64,000 bases of DNA, from contig JAQWOT010000358.1 in the NCBI GenBank assembly GCA_029245725.1, positions 689-64,688 of the forward strand, read 5' to 3'. The notes under the pieces are model-generated. The model had not been told where the DNA came from and made no database searches. It saw only the letters and a program-made list of their open reading frames with translations. The DNA comes from SAR324 cluster bacterium (GTDB lineage Bacteria > SAR324 > NAC60-12). Below, in pieces: positions 31,366 through 40,593 of the stretch (position 1 is the first letter of the stretch; each line of letters opens with the position of its first letter). The position numbers and the translations under genes were made by a program.

Positions 31366-31938
31366 TCACTCCTCATGCAGCGTTCGCTCAATCGGTGGAC
31401 CAATCACCAGATTATCAAAGTCCACCTTGAGTCCGGCTCGCTCTGGAGAGCAACACATCGGACCAATCATCACGGAAGAAGGCATTGAGAGGTATCCCAA
31501 TCGTGACATTTGCCATTGGCCTCCTTGGTGATACTGAATCCTGAGAGCTTCTGAGTGGCGCGTCAGCCGCAATCGAATTGGTTCAACCCGAACTCCCAAC
31601 GGAATGACCGACCAATCCGAAAAACCGTCTCGCGTGATCACTGTGCTGAAGTGCTGGATCCCATCGGTGAATTCAATCCCCGTCTTGATCCAGTTGTGAG
31701 CATCGACACGCATCATCAAGCCAGCCTGATCATATAGCTCCTCGTAATAGCCATTGATCAAGACCTCTGCTGAGAAATCTCCCGCCACCTCCGTCTGGTA
31801 GAAATGCCCGTTGTCTCGCTGAAATCCATAGAAGGTGGATTGCCAAAAATCTGTTTTGAGACCCGTCACCACAGACAATTGTTCCGGAGTGTGGGACCAC
31901 TCGGGAGGTTCACAGTACCAACTAAATTTTCTTTTCAT
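31366..31938 (-). CDS. DUF1349 (concanavalin A-like) protein
   Basis: TDFWQSTFYGFQRDNGHF, YDQAGL, WIKTGIE, GPMCCSPER. Confidence 0.9.
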   Translation of the reverse strand: MKRKFSWYCEPPEWSHTPEQLSVVTGLKTDFWQSTFYGFQRDNGHFYQTEVAGDFSAEVLINGYYEELYDQAGLMMRVDAHNWIKTGIEFTDGIQHFSTVITRDGFSDWSVIPLGVRVEPIRLRLTRHSEALRIQYHQGGQWQMSRLGYLSMPSSVMIGPMCCSPERAGLKVDFDNLVIGPPIERTLHEE

Positions 31939-31982
31939 TCACTTTCCCAAGTTCGGGGGCTTCAGAGAATCAGTCCAATTGT

Positions 31983-32201
31983 TCACTCTGCCGCTGGCTT
32001 TGTAGGTTCTGCCTCACAGTGTCTACGAGCGCCCAAACGTCGATCATCTTCTACGGGAACGTCCTGAACGCGACGGTCTGGTCCCTTGCCCTTGCGCTTG
32101 AAGTGCGGTTTCTTTCTGTTTTCTGGAGACCTGCGCTCCATGACCCGACGATCTTCCTCCACCGGTACGTCTTCAACTCTTCGATCTTCTTTTTTTCGCA
32201 T
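31983..32201 (-). CDS. Small Arg/Asp-rich repeat protein
   Basis: 72 aa, two copies of DRRVxDVPVExDRR plus GPDRR; GAGG RBS upstream. Confidence 0.7.
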   Translation of the reverse strand: MRKKEDRRVEDVPVEEDRRVMERRSPENRKKPHFKRKGKGPDRRVQDVPVEDDRRLGARRHCEAEPTKPAAE

Positions 32202-32221
32202 AGTGTTCCTCTTTGAAAAAA

Positions 32222-32353
32222 TTATTCTAACCGACCCTGGTGATACTCGCTCTTGCGGACTCGGACCTTGGCAATGAAGAAGGCGATAATGATCACACCA
32301 ACCACTACGGAAATTGCGTACTCCGTCACAAATGCAATGGCAGCTTCTAGCAT
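32222..32353 (-). CDS. 43-aa single-TM small protein (below ORF-track cutoff)
   Basis: GAGG RBS, MLEAAIAFVTEYAISVVVGVIIIAFFIAKVRVRKSEYHQGRLE*; co-oriented with 31983-32201. Confidence 0.6.
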   Translation of the reverse strand: MLEAAIAFVTEYAISVVVGVIIIAFFIAKVRVRKSEYHQGRLE

Positions 32354-32781
32354 AGGAACCTCTTTGGATGCGCAGAATGATGGGTTACGGATCAAGCACC
32401 AAACAGTTCCAGCATATCTTGAGCTTTTAAAAACCTACAGAGCATTTGCGAATCCAACCATTTTCATGAATTCAGCACTCCCACTTCCACAAAAATTGTG
32501 ATTCCGCAGAGATGGGTTGAACTGAATTTCAGCCAAGGCTTTTCCCACAACTCCCTTTGTCAAATCAAAGATACTGTCTTGATCATCATTGTTCTCTAAT
32601 CTGTGCTTCCCAAAAAAGGTAGTTAGAGAACCATGTGCACTGCTTCTCTACTATTTTCTGCTGCAAGATGCCTAATGCTTTTTTTGAAAAAATGAACTAA
32701 CTCTATTCAGCATAACTGATGGATTGACCTGTCTTTGTAAGCCAGCAGCCACCGATATATCTTTCACCTGATTCATCAACC

Positions 32782-33050
32782 TTGGAAGACCGTAAGCACT
32801 TCTTCTTTCTCAATGTGGGGCACTTTCTTGATCATCTCTTCATGTTGATCTTCGCCAGTGTGGCTGCACTGGTGCTCACCAAGGAGTGGAAGTTGGGGTA
32901 TTCCGAACTGATTCCATACGCAACTCCAGGGCTCATCGCTTTCGGTGAATTCCCTTACCTGCAGGCTGGCTGGCAGACCGTTGGAGTCGAGAAGGAGTGA
33001 TGGGAGTGTTTTTTGTGGGAATTGGGTTGGCTGCAATTGGTACCTCTAAA
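32782..33050 (+). pseudogene. MFS transporter N-terminal fragment
   Basis: LNVGHFLDHLFMLIF, then frameshifted PLPAGWLADRWSR; abruptly truncated. Confidence 0.75.
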
Positions 33051-33102
33051 AAGCCAGGTTACATTGCAAGGGAATTTCCACATCATCTACCGGAGATCGT
33101 AC

Positions 33103-34158
33103 ATGAAAGCTTACCAAATCACCCAATGGGGTCAGCCCCTTGAAGAAAGAGAAGTGGAGACTCCCAAACCAAAGGGCACCGAGGTGCTGCTGAAGGTGAC
33201 TGCTTGTGGGGTTTGTCACTCGGATATTCACATCTGGGATGGATTCTTCGACCTAGGTGGTGGAAAAAAAGTGACCCTGGAAGATCGTGGACTGAAATTA
33301 CCCTTCACCCTGGGACATGAGCCACTTGGGGAGGTCGCTGGGTTGGGACCTAGAGCAACAGGAGTTTCCATCGGTGAGAAGCGGATCGCTTATCCGTGGA
33401 TTGGATGTGGTCAGTGTGATGTCTGTAAGCGGGACCAGGAGTTGATCTGCATGAACCCAATTACAATCGGAACCCGCAGGAATGGTGGTTATGCAGAGTA
33501 CCTGATCGTGCCTCATCCAAAGTACCTAGTTCCGTATGACGGTGTCGACGAAGCAGTTGCCGCCACGGCAGCCTGCTCTGGAATCACGGCCTACAGCGCC
33601 TTGAAGAAAGTAAGACATCTCCGTTCAGATGAATCCCTCCTTATTGTCGGTGCTGGCGGAGTTGGTCTTGCTGGAATTGGAATGGCTAAGGCAGTCGTCA
33701 AAGCCAAGATCATTGTGGCAGAGATTGATCCAGCCAAACGAGCCGCCGCGCTTGAAGCTGGTGCCGATGTTGTCTTGGACAACTCTGATCCCTCTGCACG
33801 AGAAGAGTTGAGTGCACTGACCAATGGTGGACCGAATGCAGCCATTGATTTTGTGGGAGCCCCTGCAACCGTGGAGTTTGCCTTTGGTGTTATGGCTAAA
33901 GGAGCCAGTTTGGTGTTGGTCGGCTTGTACGGTGGCGCTGCGCAACTCTCTACTTCCTTGTTTCCTCTCAAGGTGAACAACATCCTTGGATCCTTCGTAG
34001 GAACGCAACAAGATCTTGTCGAGTTACTTCAGCTCATTCGGGAAGGAAAGGTGAAACCTGTACCACTGGTTAGAAGACCCCTGAAAGAGGCCCCTCAAGC
34101 GATCCAGGAGCTACGGGAAGGCAAAGCACTTGGGCGCTATGTATTGATCACTGACTAG
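33103..34158 (+). CDS. Zn-dependent alcohol dehydrogenase (MDR family)
   Basis: CGVCHSD, GHE, CGQCDVC..C structural Zn motif, GAGGVG; start taken at MKAYQ with GGAG RBS. Confidence 0.93.
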   Translation: MKAYQITQWGQPLEEREVETPKPKGTEVLLKVTACGVCHSDIHIWDGFFDLGGGKKVTLEDRGLKLPFTLGHEPLGEVAGLGPRATGVSIGEKRIAYPWIGCGQCDVCKRDQELICMNPITIGTRRNGGYAEYLIVPHPKYLVPYDGVDEAVAATAACSGITAYSALKKVRHLRSDESLLIVGAGGVGLAGIGMAKAVVKAKIIVAEIDPAKRAAALEAGADVVLDNSDPSAREELSALTNGGPNAAIDFVGAPATVEFAFGVMAKGASLVLVGLYGGAAQLSTSLFPLKVNNILGSFVGTQQDLVELLQLIREGKVKPVPLVRRPLKEAPQAIQELREGKALGRYVLITD

Positions 34159-34244
34159 AGGGCTGGCTTCTATGACAGTAGGTATTCTGTAAGTTGCTTT
34201 CACTGCAATCATCCCAATGAATCTTCTAAGTAAAGACGCTTGAA

Positions 34245-35141
34245 GTGACTCATCCGAAGATCGGCTTTGTAGGACTTGGGCAAATGGGTAGTGGAATGAC
34301 ATCTAACCTCACCACTGCTGGTCAGACTATCTATGTTCATGATCAGTCTGCTTCTGCAATGGCTAGATTTGCTGACACCACCGCTATTTGCTGCCAGAAT
34401 CTTAGTGAAATTGCGCAGAGCTGCTCTCTGATTTTCCTGTGCTTACCATCCGCAAAAGAAGTTGATGAAGTCCTGTTCGGACCGAACGGATTGATTGACA
34501 ATGTCAATGCAGAGCTCTCCATCATCGACACTTCGACTCTCGAACGAAGTGAAGCTCTCCAGTTCCATGGTCAGCTTGCCCACAAAGCAATCCAATACGC
34601 TGATTGCCCGGTATCCGGATTACCTGCAAGAGCTCGGGAAGGAAAACTAACGCTGATGTTTGGGGGATCACAGACTCTATTTGAGCAAGTGTCTCCACTC
34701 CTCGAATTACTCGGAAAGAACATTGTCTATTGTGGGGAGGTGGGTTCTGGACAGTTGATGAAAGCGGTCAACAATATCATTTACAACATCAATATTGTTG
34801 CTTTATGCGAGATCCTCCCCTTGGCGGTTACCGGAGGCATCTCCGTTGATGCTCTGGAACAGGTTGTCACATCGGCGAGTTCGCGCAGTTTTGCAGGAGA
34901 TCACTTCATCCCACGGATGCTAGCCAGGGAATTTGAGGGAGATTTTCCGTTGGCTGGCGCTTATAAAGACATTCTCAACATGCAGAAAGTTGCCACCGAA
35001 AAGCAGGCCCTAACACCGTTGATGAATGCGATGATCAGTAGCTACCAGAATGCACTTGCTGATGGTCTAGGAGATGAGCCCAAGAGTGCGATCATCAAGA
35101 TCTACGAAAAAGTTCTCGGTGTCGAATTCAAGCGGAAATAA
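34245..35141 (+). CDS. 3-hydroxyisobutyrate/tartronate-semialdehyde reductase family NAD(P) oxidoreductase
   Basis: GFVGLGQMG, DCPVSG, GSGQLMKAVNN motifs. Confidence 0.9.
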   Translation: MTHPKIGFVGLGQMGSGMTSNLTTAGQTIYVHDQSASAMARFADTTAICCQNLSEIAQSCSLIFLCLPSAKEVDEVLFGPNGLIDNVNAELSIIDTSTLERSEALQFHGQLAHKAIQYADCPVSGLPARAREGKLTLMFGGSQTLFEQVSPLLELLGKNIVYCGEVGSGQLMKAVNNIIYNINIVALCEILPLAVTGGISVDALEQVVTSASSRSFAGDHFIPRMLAREFEGDFPLAGAYKDILNMQKVATEKQALTPLMNAMISSYQNALADGLGDEPKSAIIKIYEKVLGVEFKRK

Positions 35142-35184
35142 ACCAACACACCACCTGCTTTAGTTTCAAAGTCCCTTGGAAATC

Positions 35185-35826
35185 ATGACTTCAAAAATTG
35201 ATCACTTGGTGCTTGGTGCGGAAGATCTGAGTTCTGCAACCCAAGCTTTGGAGTCCGATTTCGGAGTGCCTTTTGATGTTGGAGGAGAGCATCCTGTGAT
35301 GGGGACACATGATCGGCTCCTTCGGCTCCAAGCTGATATCTACCTTGAAGTGATTGCTGCAAATCCAGCTGCGTTACCGCAACGGATAAGGTGGTTTTCA
35401 ATGGATGACCCAAAGACAAAACTCCAACTTATTAAAGGAGTTCATCCCCTTTGTTGGGTGCTGCAAGTGGAAGATATCCATGAAGCCAGAAAGAACTGTG
35501 GCTACGAACCTTGCGAGGTGATTACTATGTCCCGTGGTGACTTGGAATGGCAGATTACCGTTCCTAAAGATGGTGGCTTGGCTGAAGGTGGCCTATTGCC
35601 TGTGCTGATTCAATGGCCGGGTGGAAGAAATCCCGGCCATCGGCTCAACCCGAGTCCAGTACAGTTGATACATCTGGAAATTACTCATCCCAGCCCCTCC
35701 AGCATCGAGAATATTCTTCAGAAATTGGGTACTCCACCGGAAATCAACATCACCCGGGGCAACCCTGCTCTATGCTTGCATTTGAACACCCCCAAAGGCT
35801 CAGCTGTTCTAAAGTCTGAGCTATAG
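35185..35826 (+). CDS. VOC/glyoxalase-like (Glyoxalase_3) protein
   Basis: IDHLVL, GGEHPVMGTHDRLL, YLEVIA, LPVLIQW motifs. Confidence 0.88.
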   Translation: MTSKIDHLVLGAEDLSSATQALESDFGVPFDVGGEHPVMGTHDRLLRLQADIYLEVIAANPAALPQRIRWFSMDDPKTKLQLIKGVHPLCWVLQVEDIHEARKNCGYEPCEVITMSRGDLEWQITVPKDGGLAEGGLLPVLIQWPGGRNPGHRLNPSPVQLIHLEITHPSPSSIENILQKLGTPPEINITRGNPALCLHLNTPKGSAVLKSEL

Positions 35827-35959
35827 GGTGAACTCCACCTGACAAGCAGTTCCAAAAATTTTGGAAAAAATATTGGATTCTGTAAAAGATTGTAGAATGC
35901 TTGTGCATCATCAATGATGAGCGGTCAACCATGCGCAACTTCAGTCAATCGAGGAATCA

Positions 35960-36352
35960 ATGAGGAACAGATTTTTGCGAAATCTTCTCTCTGTAATTCT
36001 TATTCTGTGGATGTGTTCATTCCAGATCTTCGCCTACGATCGTGAAGACTTGGATCAATTACTGAGGACTAATGAGTGCTCAGATTGTGATCTCTCTCAG
36101 GCAAACCTAATCGGCATGAATCTGAGAGGAGCGGACCTCAGCGAGGCAAACCTGCAGGGAGCCAATCTACGAGGTGCAGCTCTTATGTTTGCTGATCTCA
36201 GTGACGCGAATCTTGTTGGGGCAAATCTCAGTCGTGCAAATCTATATGCAACAAATCTTTACGATGCGGATCTATACGGAGCAAATCTGTATGGAGCTAG
36301 ATTCTGCAATACCGTCATGCCCGATGGAAGAACGGCAATCAAAGGTTGTTGA
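35960..36352 (+). CDS. Secreted pentapeptide-repeat protein
   Basis: Signal peptide, CSDCDL, ANL/ADL repeats, [12 protein letters not shown] end. Confidence 0.9.
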   Translation: MRNRFLRNLLSVILILWMCSFQIFAYDREDLDQLLRTNECSDCDLSQANLIGMNLRGADLSEANLQGANLRGAALMFADLSDANLVGANLSRANLYATNLYDADLYGANLYGARFCNTVMPDGRTAIKGC

Positions 36353-36418
36353 AAGAATTGACAGTCTCAAATTTTCAATTCCTGCAGACCTTGAGTGTGA
36401 TCAAACCTGAAGAGGAAT

Positions 36419-36994
36419 ATGAATATCATTCGACGTAAGCTGTTTCAGTCCTTGGGGCTTTTGATCGGGGTCTATGCATTATCATCTCAGCAGAAGGTCT
36501 CGGCTGATGGGCTTCAAAACACTCCCCAAAGTCCATTGCACCCATTGATTCAGGCATTGCGTCAAACCCATAAGCCTGTTTGTCTCTCCGCCGCACAGCG
36601 ACTGGAAAAGCAATCTGGTAGTGGTGAGACGTTTAATCTGCATCTTCGCAGCGCTAATCTAGATATTTCTGATGCACAGCTGTTGGCAAACGCTTTTACT
36701 TCGATTCAGCAACAAGGTGACTTACCATTGAATTCTTTCAGTGTCAGTTACAATCCGGGTATTGAAACAGGCGGAGTTCAAGCGTTGCTGTCCAGTCTCC
36801 CACATGATGTGAATGAAATCGGACTGGTGGAATGTCAACTGGGAGACGATGTTGGTGAATTGCTGATTCACTTCATGGCTCACTCTAGTAATTTGAAAAT
36901 GATCTGCGTAGAAGGCAACTTGTTTTCTGCTTCGATGAGGGGCCAGATTGCCTCAGCAGGAAAAAAGCTGGGCGGTTGTGTGACAATTGTATGA
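36419..36994 (+). CDS. Exported protein with RNI-like leucine-rich-repeat segments
   Basis: IRRKLF Tat-like N-terminus; LHLRSANL, FSVSYNPGI, IGLVECQLGD, ICVEGNLF strands. Confidence 0.6.
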   Translation: MNIIRRKLFQSLGLLIGVYALSSQQKVSADGLQNTPQSPLHPLIQALRQTHKPVCLSAAQRLEKQSGSGETFNLHLRSANLDISDAQLLANAFTSIQQQGDLPLNSFSVSYNPGIETGGVQALLSSLPHDVNEIGLVECQLGDDVGELLIHFMAHSSNLKMICVEGNLFSASMRGQIASAGKKLGGCVTIV

Positions 36995-37106
36995 TTTCTT
37001 TCAAGATCAAAAACCCGTTTCAAGTTACTGAACAAATTTCTTTCTTCTCTTTCCATTCCCAGCATCTGAGCACTTCCTAGATTTTACGTGTAACTCGCTC
37101 CCTTTA

Positions 37107-37994
37107 TTGAAATCAACTATGAATCCTGCTGGGACAACTCCGTCCTATCTTCCTGGAATCCTGGCGATGCTGCTGGGACAATTATGTTTTTCAATCAATG
37201 ATGCGCTTATCAAGTACAGTGTGGGGTTGCACAGTGATCAGCAGAGTATCTTTCTACTACTTTTCCTACGGGGGTTACTGGTCTGTACGATGACAACTGG
37301 TTGGTTAATCGGTCAAAGGCAGTTTTCTCCAAAAAATTTATTTGCCCTGAATGACATGCACCTTCGTGGGTGTGTTGAAGTGCTTTTGACCGGAGCTTTT
37401 TTTGCTTCAATCCTGCTGCTGCCACTCTCTGATGTCTACACGATCATGCTCTCGGCTCCACTGATGATCACAGCTTCAGGTTCTTTTTTGCTCAAGGAAA
37501 AGGTTCATTGGAAGAGTTGGTTGGCAGTTATACTGGGTTTCAGTGGTGTCTTGATCGTGATGTGGCCAGATGATCTTGGTTTTCAAGTTGCCTATCTTCT
37601 GCCTCTATTGGCCACAACTCTTCTGGTCCTGCGCGAGTTGCTCACAAAACGGATGGCACCTCAGTATCGAGGAATAGAGGTCGTCTTAGTGACCTCTCTA
37701 ATGACCACTCTGGTAGGTGGGATTCTCGCTTTCTTTTGGGAAACATCGCTGAATTTCAATGCAATCCCTTATTTGATGGGTTCAGCCTGCATGTTGACGG
37801 TGGGTTATTTGATGGCTGTGCTAACCATTCGTCTGGCTCCAATTTCCGTTACTTCTCCAGTACGCTATTCCATCATTATTTTCGGGGCATCCAGCGCCTA
37901 TCTAATTTTGGGGGAAACACCTTCAATTAACACAATTCTCGGCTCATTGATCATTGCTGCCAGTGGTCTTTTCGTATTCCATAGAAATCGATAA
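37107..37994 (+). CDS. DMT/EamA family transporter
   Basis: About 10 TM, LLKEKV and LGETP repeat motifs. Confidence 0.9.
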   Translation: MKSTMNPAGTTPSYLPGILAMLLGQLCFSINDALIKYSVGLHSDQQSIFLLLFLRGLLVCTMTTGWLIGQRQFSPKNLFALNDMHLRGCVEVLLTGAFFASILLLPLSDVYTIMLSAPLMITASGSFLLKEKVHWKSWLAVILGFSGVLIVMWPDDLGFQVAYLLPLLATTLLVLRELLTKRMAPQYRGIEVVLVTSLMTTLVGGILAFFWETSLNFNAIPYLMGSACMLTVGYLMAVLTIRLAPISVTSPVRYSIIIFGASSAYLILGETPSINTILGSLIIAASGLFVFHRNR

Positions 37995-38110
37995 TCTTCC
38001 CTGTAAATACATCGTATGTGATATATATTTTATCTAATTTATTCAAATAATTTAAGTAATTTTTATTAAAAAAATTTAATATGAAATATGGAAGACAAAT
38101 TGATTTAGAC

Positions 38111-38851
38111 TTACTTGGGTTCTTTTGGAAAGAGGTGACGCATCCTCAACACAGAAGCTAGGCCCAGTGCAGGTGTCAACACAACCGCATAGAGTAAACC
38201 CTTGGCAAGGTTGGGCAGCCAACTCTCATCAATCCAGCGCAAGGACCGAAAAAGAAAGACCATCAGTTTTGGTACCCCAAGACAACCAAAACACATCGCC
38301 ATGTCGAACAGGAGCTTGGAAATCAGGTTTGTGATTGGTCCTTTTTGATAATGTGGCAGAGCATCAAGCTTCTCAATATATTCTGGATCAAGCCCATTCA
38401 GGCGGGCACCGGTTCGAATCAATTCGAGATAGCGCAGGGTAGGTGGACGGTCCTGGGGCAATTTTCTAGCCTCCAGTGCTCTGAATACAAAAGCCTTTTG
38501 GACTTTTCCGCAATAGGTCTCCACTTCCACAGCTTCACGCGTATAACTTTGGTCTCCACCCTCACTTTGTACAAGCTTTGCGAAATCCTCAGCACACAGC
38601 CGGATCAGCACCCCATGCACTGTTTCCTCTGGATCAGGTTCGACACCTGCCATTGATGGTTCTAACCACGAAATTCCCTGCAAATTGAAAGCGAGACGCC
38701 AACCTTTGAGCTTAGCGGGGAAACTCTCCTTGATTACCAGATTGGCTCGTCCCTGTAACTTGTCGGGATGCATGTTGGAGCCAATGGCAAAATTCCAAAT
38801 ATCTTCCGCAGTTTGTTCTATAGGATTTTCAGCAGATGTGGGGGGGATCAT
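38111..38851 (-). CDS. Gamma-glutamylcyclotransferase-like protein with hydrophobic C-terminal extension
   Basis: NFAIGSNM, LKGWRLAFN, VHGVL, YLELIRTGA motifs. Confidence 0.8.
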   Translation of the reverse strand: MIPPTSAENPIEQTAEDIWNFAIGSNMHPDKLQGRANLVIKESFPAKLKGWRLAFNLQGISWLEPSMAGVEPDPEETVHGVLIRLCAEDFAKLVQSEGGDQSYTREAVEVETYCGKVQKAFVFRALEARKLPQDRPPTLRYLELIRTGARLNGLDPEYIEKLDALPHYQKGPITNLISKLLFDMAMCFGCLGVPKLMVFLFRSLRWIDESWLPNLAKGLLYAVVLTPALGLASVLRMRHLFPKEPK

Positions 38852-38971
38852 GGGGTTAAATTGTAGTTTAAAGCGAAACTAAGTTGCTTGGGCTTTTTTT
38901 CGGTAGCGTGGTTATCAATTGAGTGAGTGAAGCAAGCTAAGGTCAATGTTGAGGTGACCGAATTCGAATTC

Positions 38972-39901
38972 CTACATGTTGACAAGTTCGCACATCTGAT
39001 CAGCTGTTTCCTTTAAAACCAGCCAATTTTCTGCATGTGCATTGTATGCAATATGATCCAAACCAATGTGCAGATAGCAAGTGTTAAGTCGTTCTTGTAG
39101 ATTTGTTGGCGCATAGCCAACTTGAATCCAGTGATTTTCCAGAGCCTTTCGAAGAAGGGGAACATCAAGATTTGTGTGCCAGGAGGCCCAGAACTCAAAC
39201 CAGGCCAAATCGTAGAGGTGGTCTCCCAAACGTCCACATCCCCAATCAAAGACTGCGTTGATGTGTTCGTCATCAACTAGGACATTACGATTCATCAAAT
39301 CACAATGCAGCAAAGAACGAGGGACATCTGTTAAGGCAAAATTCTTCAACTTATCCAACCCTCGCTCAAAAGCATCCATTCCTGAAGGAGAATTCTGTTC
39401 CAGTTTGCGACGCCAACCATGAGTGCGTTGGATCGGCTTGTCTTCAACAACAGTGAGCAGATGCTCCCTCCAAGTAGCACAATTGGCGGTGCCATCTTTG
39501 TCCCAATGCCCCACTCCAGTGGTCTCTTTGAGATCAGCAGTCCGCAAAGCTTCTAGTACATTGACCAAATCTGGAATCACGCCCTGCCAAACCTCAGGGT
39601 CCACATTCTCAAGATGAATACCATGTGCTCTGCGAGAGATAGCAAAGTAGCCATCCAGCGCCTCCCCCACCTCAAATACCTCGGGAATAGGGAGCTGTGC
39701 TGAGCTAAATCTAGCCGCCCAGCTGTCCTTTTGAAAATCTTCGATGTAATGCCCAAAGCGGATCACATATTCCCGGTCTCCAACAAGGTATCCAAAACAA
39801 CGAGACCAAGCGCCCTCCCCGATCATCGTAAGCTGTTGAGGCTCAGCTGAGAGATGACTTCGTAGAAATTGATGAGCTTGCTCGAGGGATACCGATGACA
39901 T
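38972..39901 (-). CDS. Aminoglycoside phosphotransferase family protein, APH(4)/hygromycin-kinase-like
   Basis: GEGAWSRCF, LPIPEV, AISRRAHG, LLHCDLMNRNVL, AVFDWG motifs; start taken at MSSVS. Confidence 0.85.
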   Translation of the reverse strand: MSSVSLEQAHQFLRSHLSAEPQQLTMIGEGAWSRCFGYLVGDREYVIRFGHYIEDFQKDSWAARFSSAQLPIPEVFEVGEALDGYFAISRRAHGIHLENVDPEVWQGVIPDLVNVLEALRTADLKETTGVGHWDKDGTANCATWREHLLTVVEDKPIQRTHGWRRKLEQNSPSGMDAFERGLDKLKNFALTDVPRSLLHCDLMNRNVLVDDEHINAVFDWGCGRLGDHLYDLAWFEFWASWHTNLDVPLLRKALENHWIQVGYAPTNLQERLNTCYLHIGLDHIAYNAHAENWLVLKETADQMCELVNM

Positions 39902-40593
39902 CGATCTTGAAGTGAGGGCCGTGTTCCAAAAACCTGAGAATTGAATCAATCCTTTGAAACAACGAAAGTGCTCGCTAATTGCGAGTACTGACAAGAAGTT
40001 TGTCCAGACCGATCCTTTTGATGGATGATCTGAGCAAATTAATCCAGTTCTTTGTCAGTGTCAGCAAGATGATGAGTAGGAACTAGAGAACAGGAGATGA
40101 TTTGGGATCGGTTGGTACAGCCAGGAAAAGTGACTTTAAAACCTGACTGTGCCCTGAGATGAGAGGATTGGGCTAAGACAAGACCCTCACCCGAGGTCGT
40201 TGTAGAACTATGCAAACAAAGATAAGCCTCAGCACCCAGAGAGACACGTAGCAAATTCTCTGGGCGTGAGAATCAGTAGAGAGTGAATCACTCCCCGTTT
40301 GAGCAAGATAGTCATGAAGATTTTCTCGGTTCCACTGCTTGGCTCCGAATCTTCATAATATAGGCATCCTTTCCTGAAAACTCCGGACTCTCAACCTATG
40401 GGCGGTACGTTAGTCTCTAGTTGATTATTTACCAGCAAAGTTTGAGAGCACATTGAGTAGATTTTAATTAAGTTATTGATAAATTTAATGAAAATTTAAA
40501 AGTGTGAAAAGCGTAATTCCAAAAAAATATCTTTTTTTATTTTATTGAAAAACCTATGGTGCTGATTTCAAAAGTCAACTGCTTTGATTCCTT

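Noticed and set aside
38410-38425. GGTTCGAATC tRNA T-loop-like motif
   Set aside because: Lies inside a coding sequence with no cloverleaf context.
40010-40420. Degraded ORF between the APH gene and the kinase
   Set aside because: Protein-like fragments in shifting frames but no family I can name.
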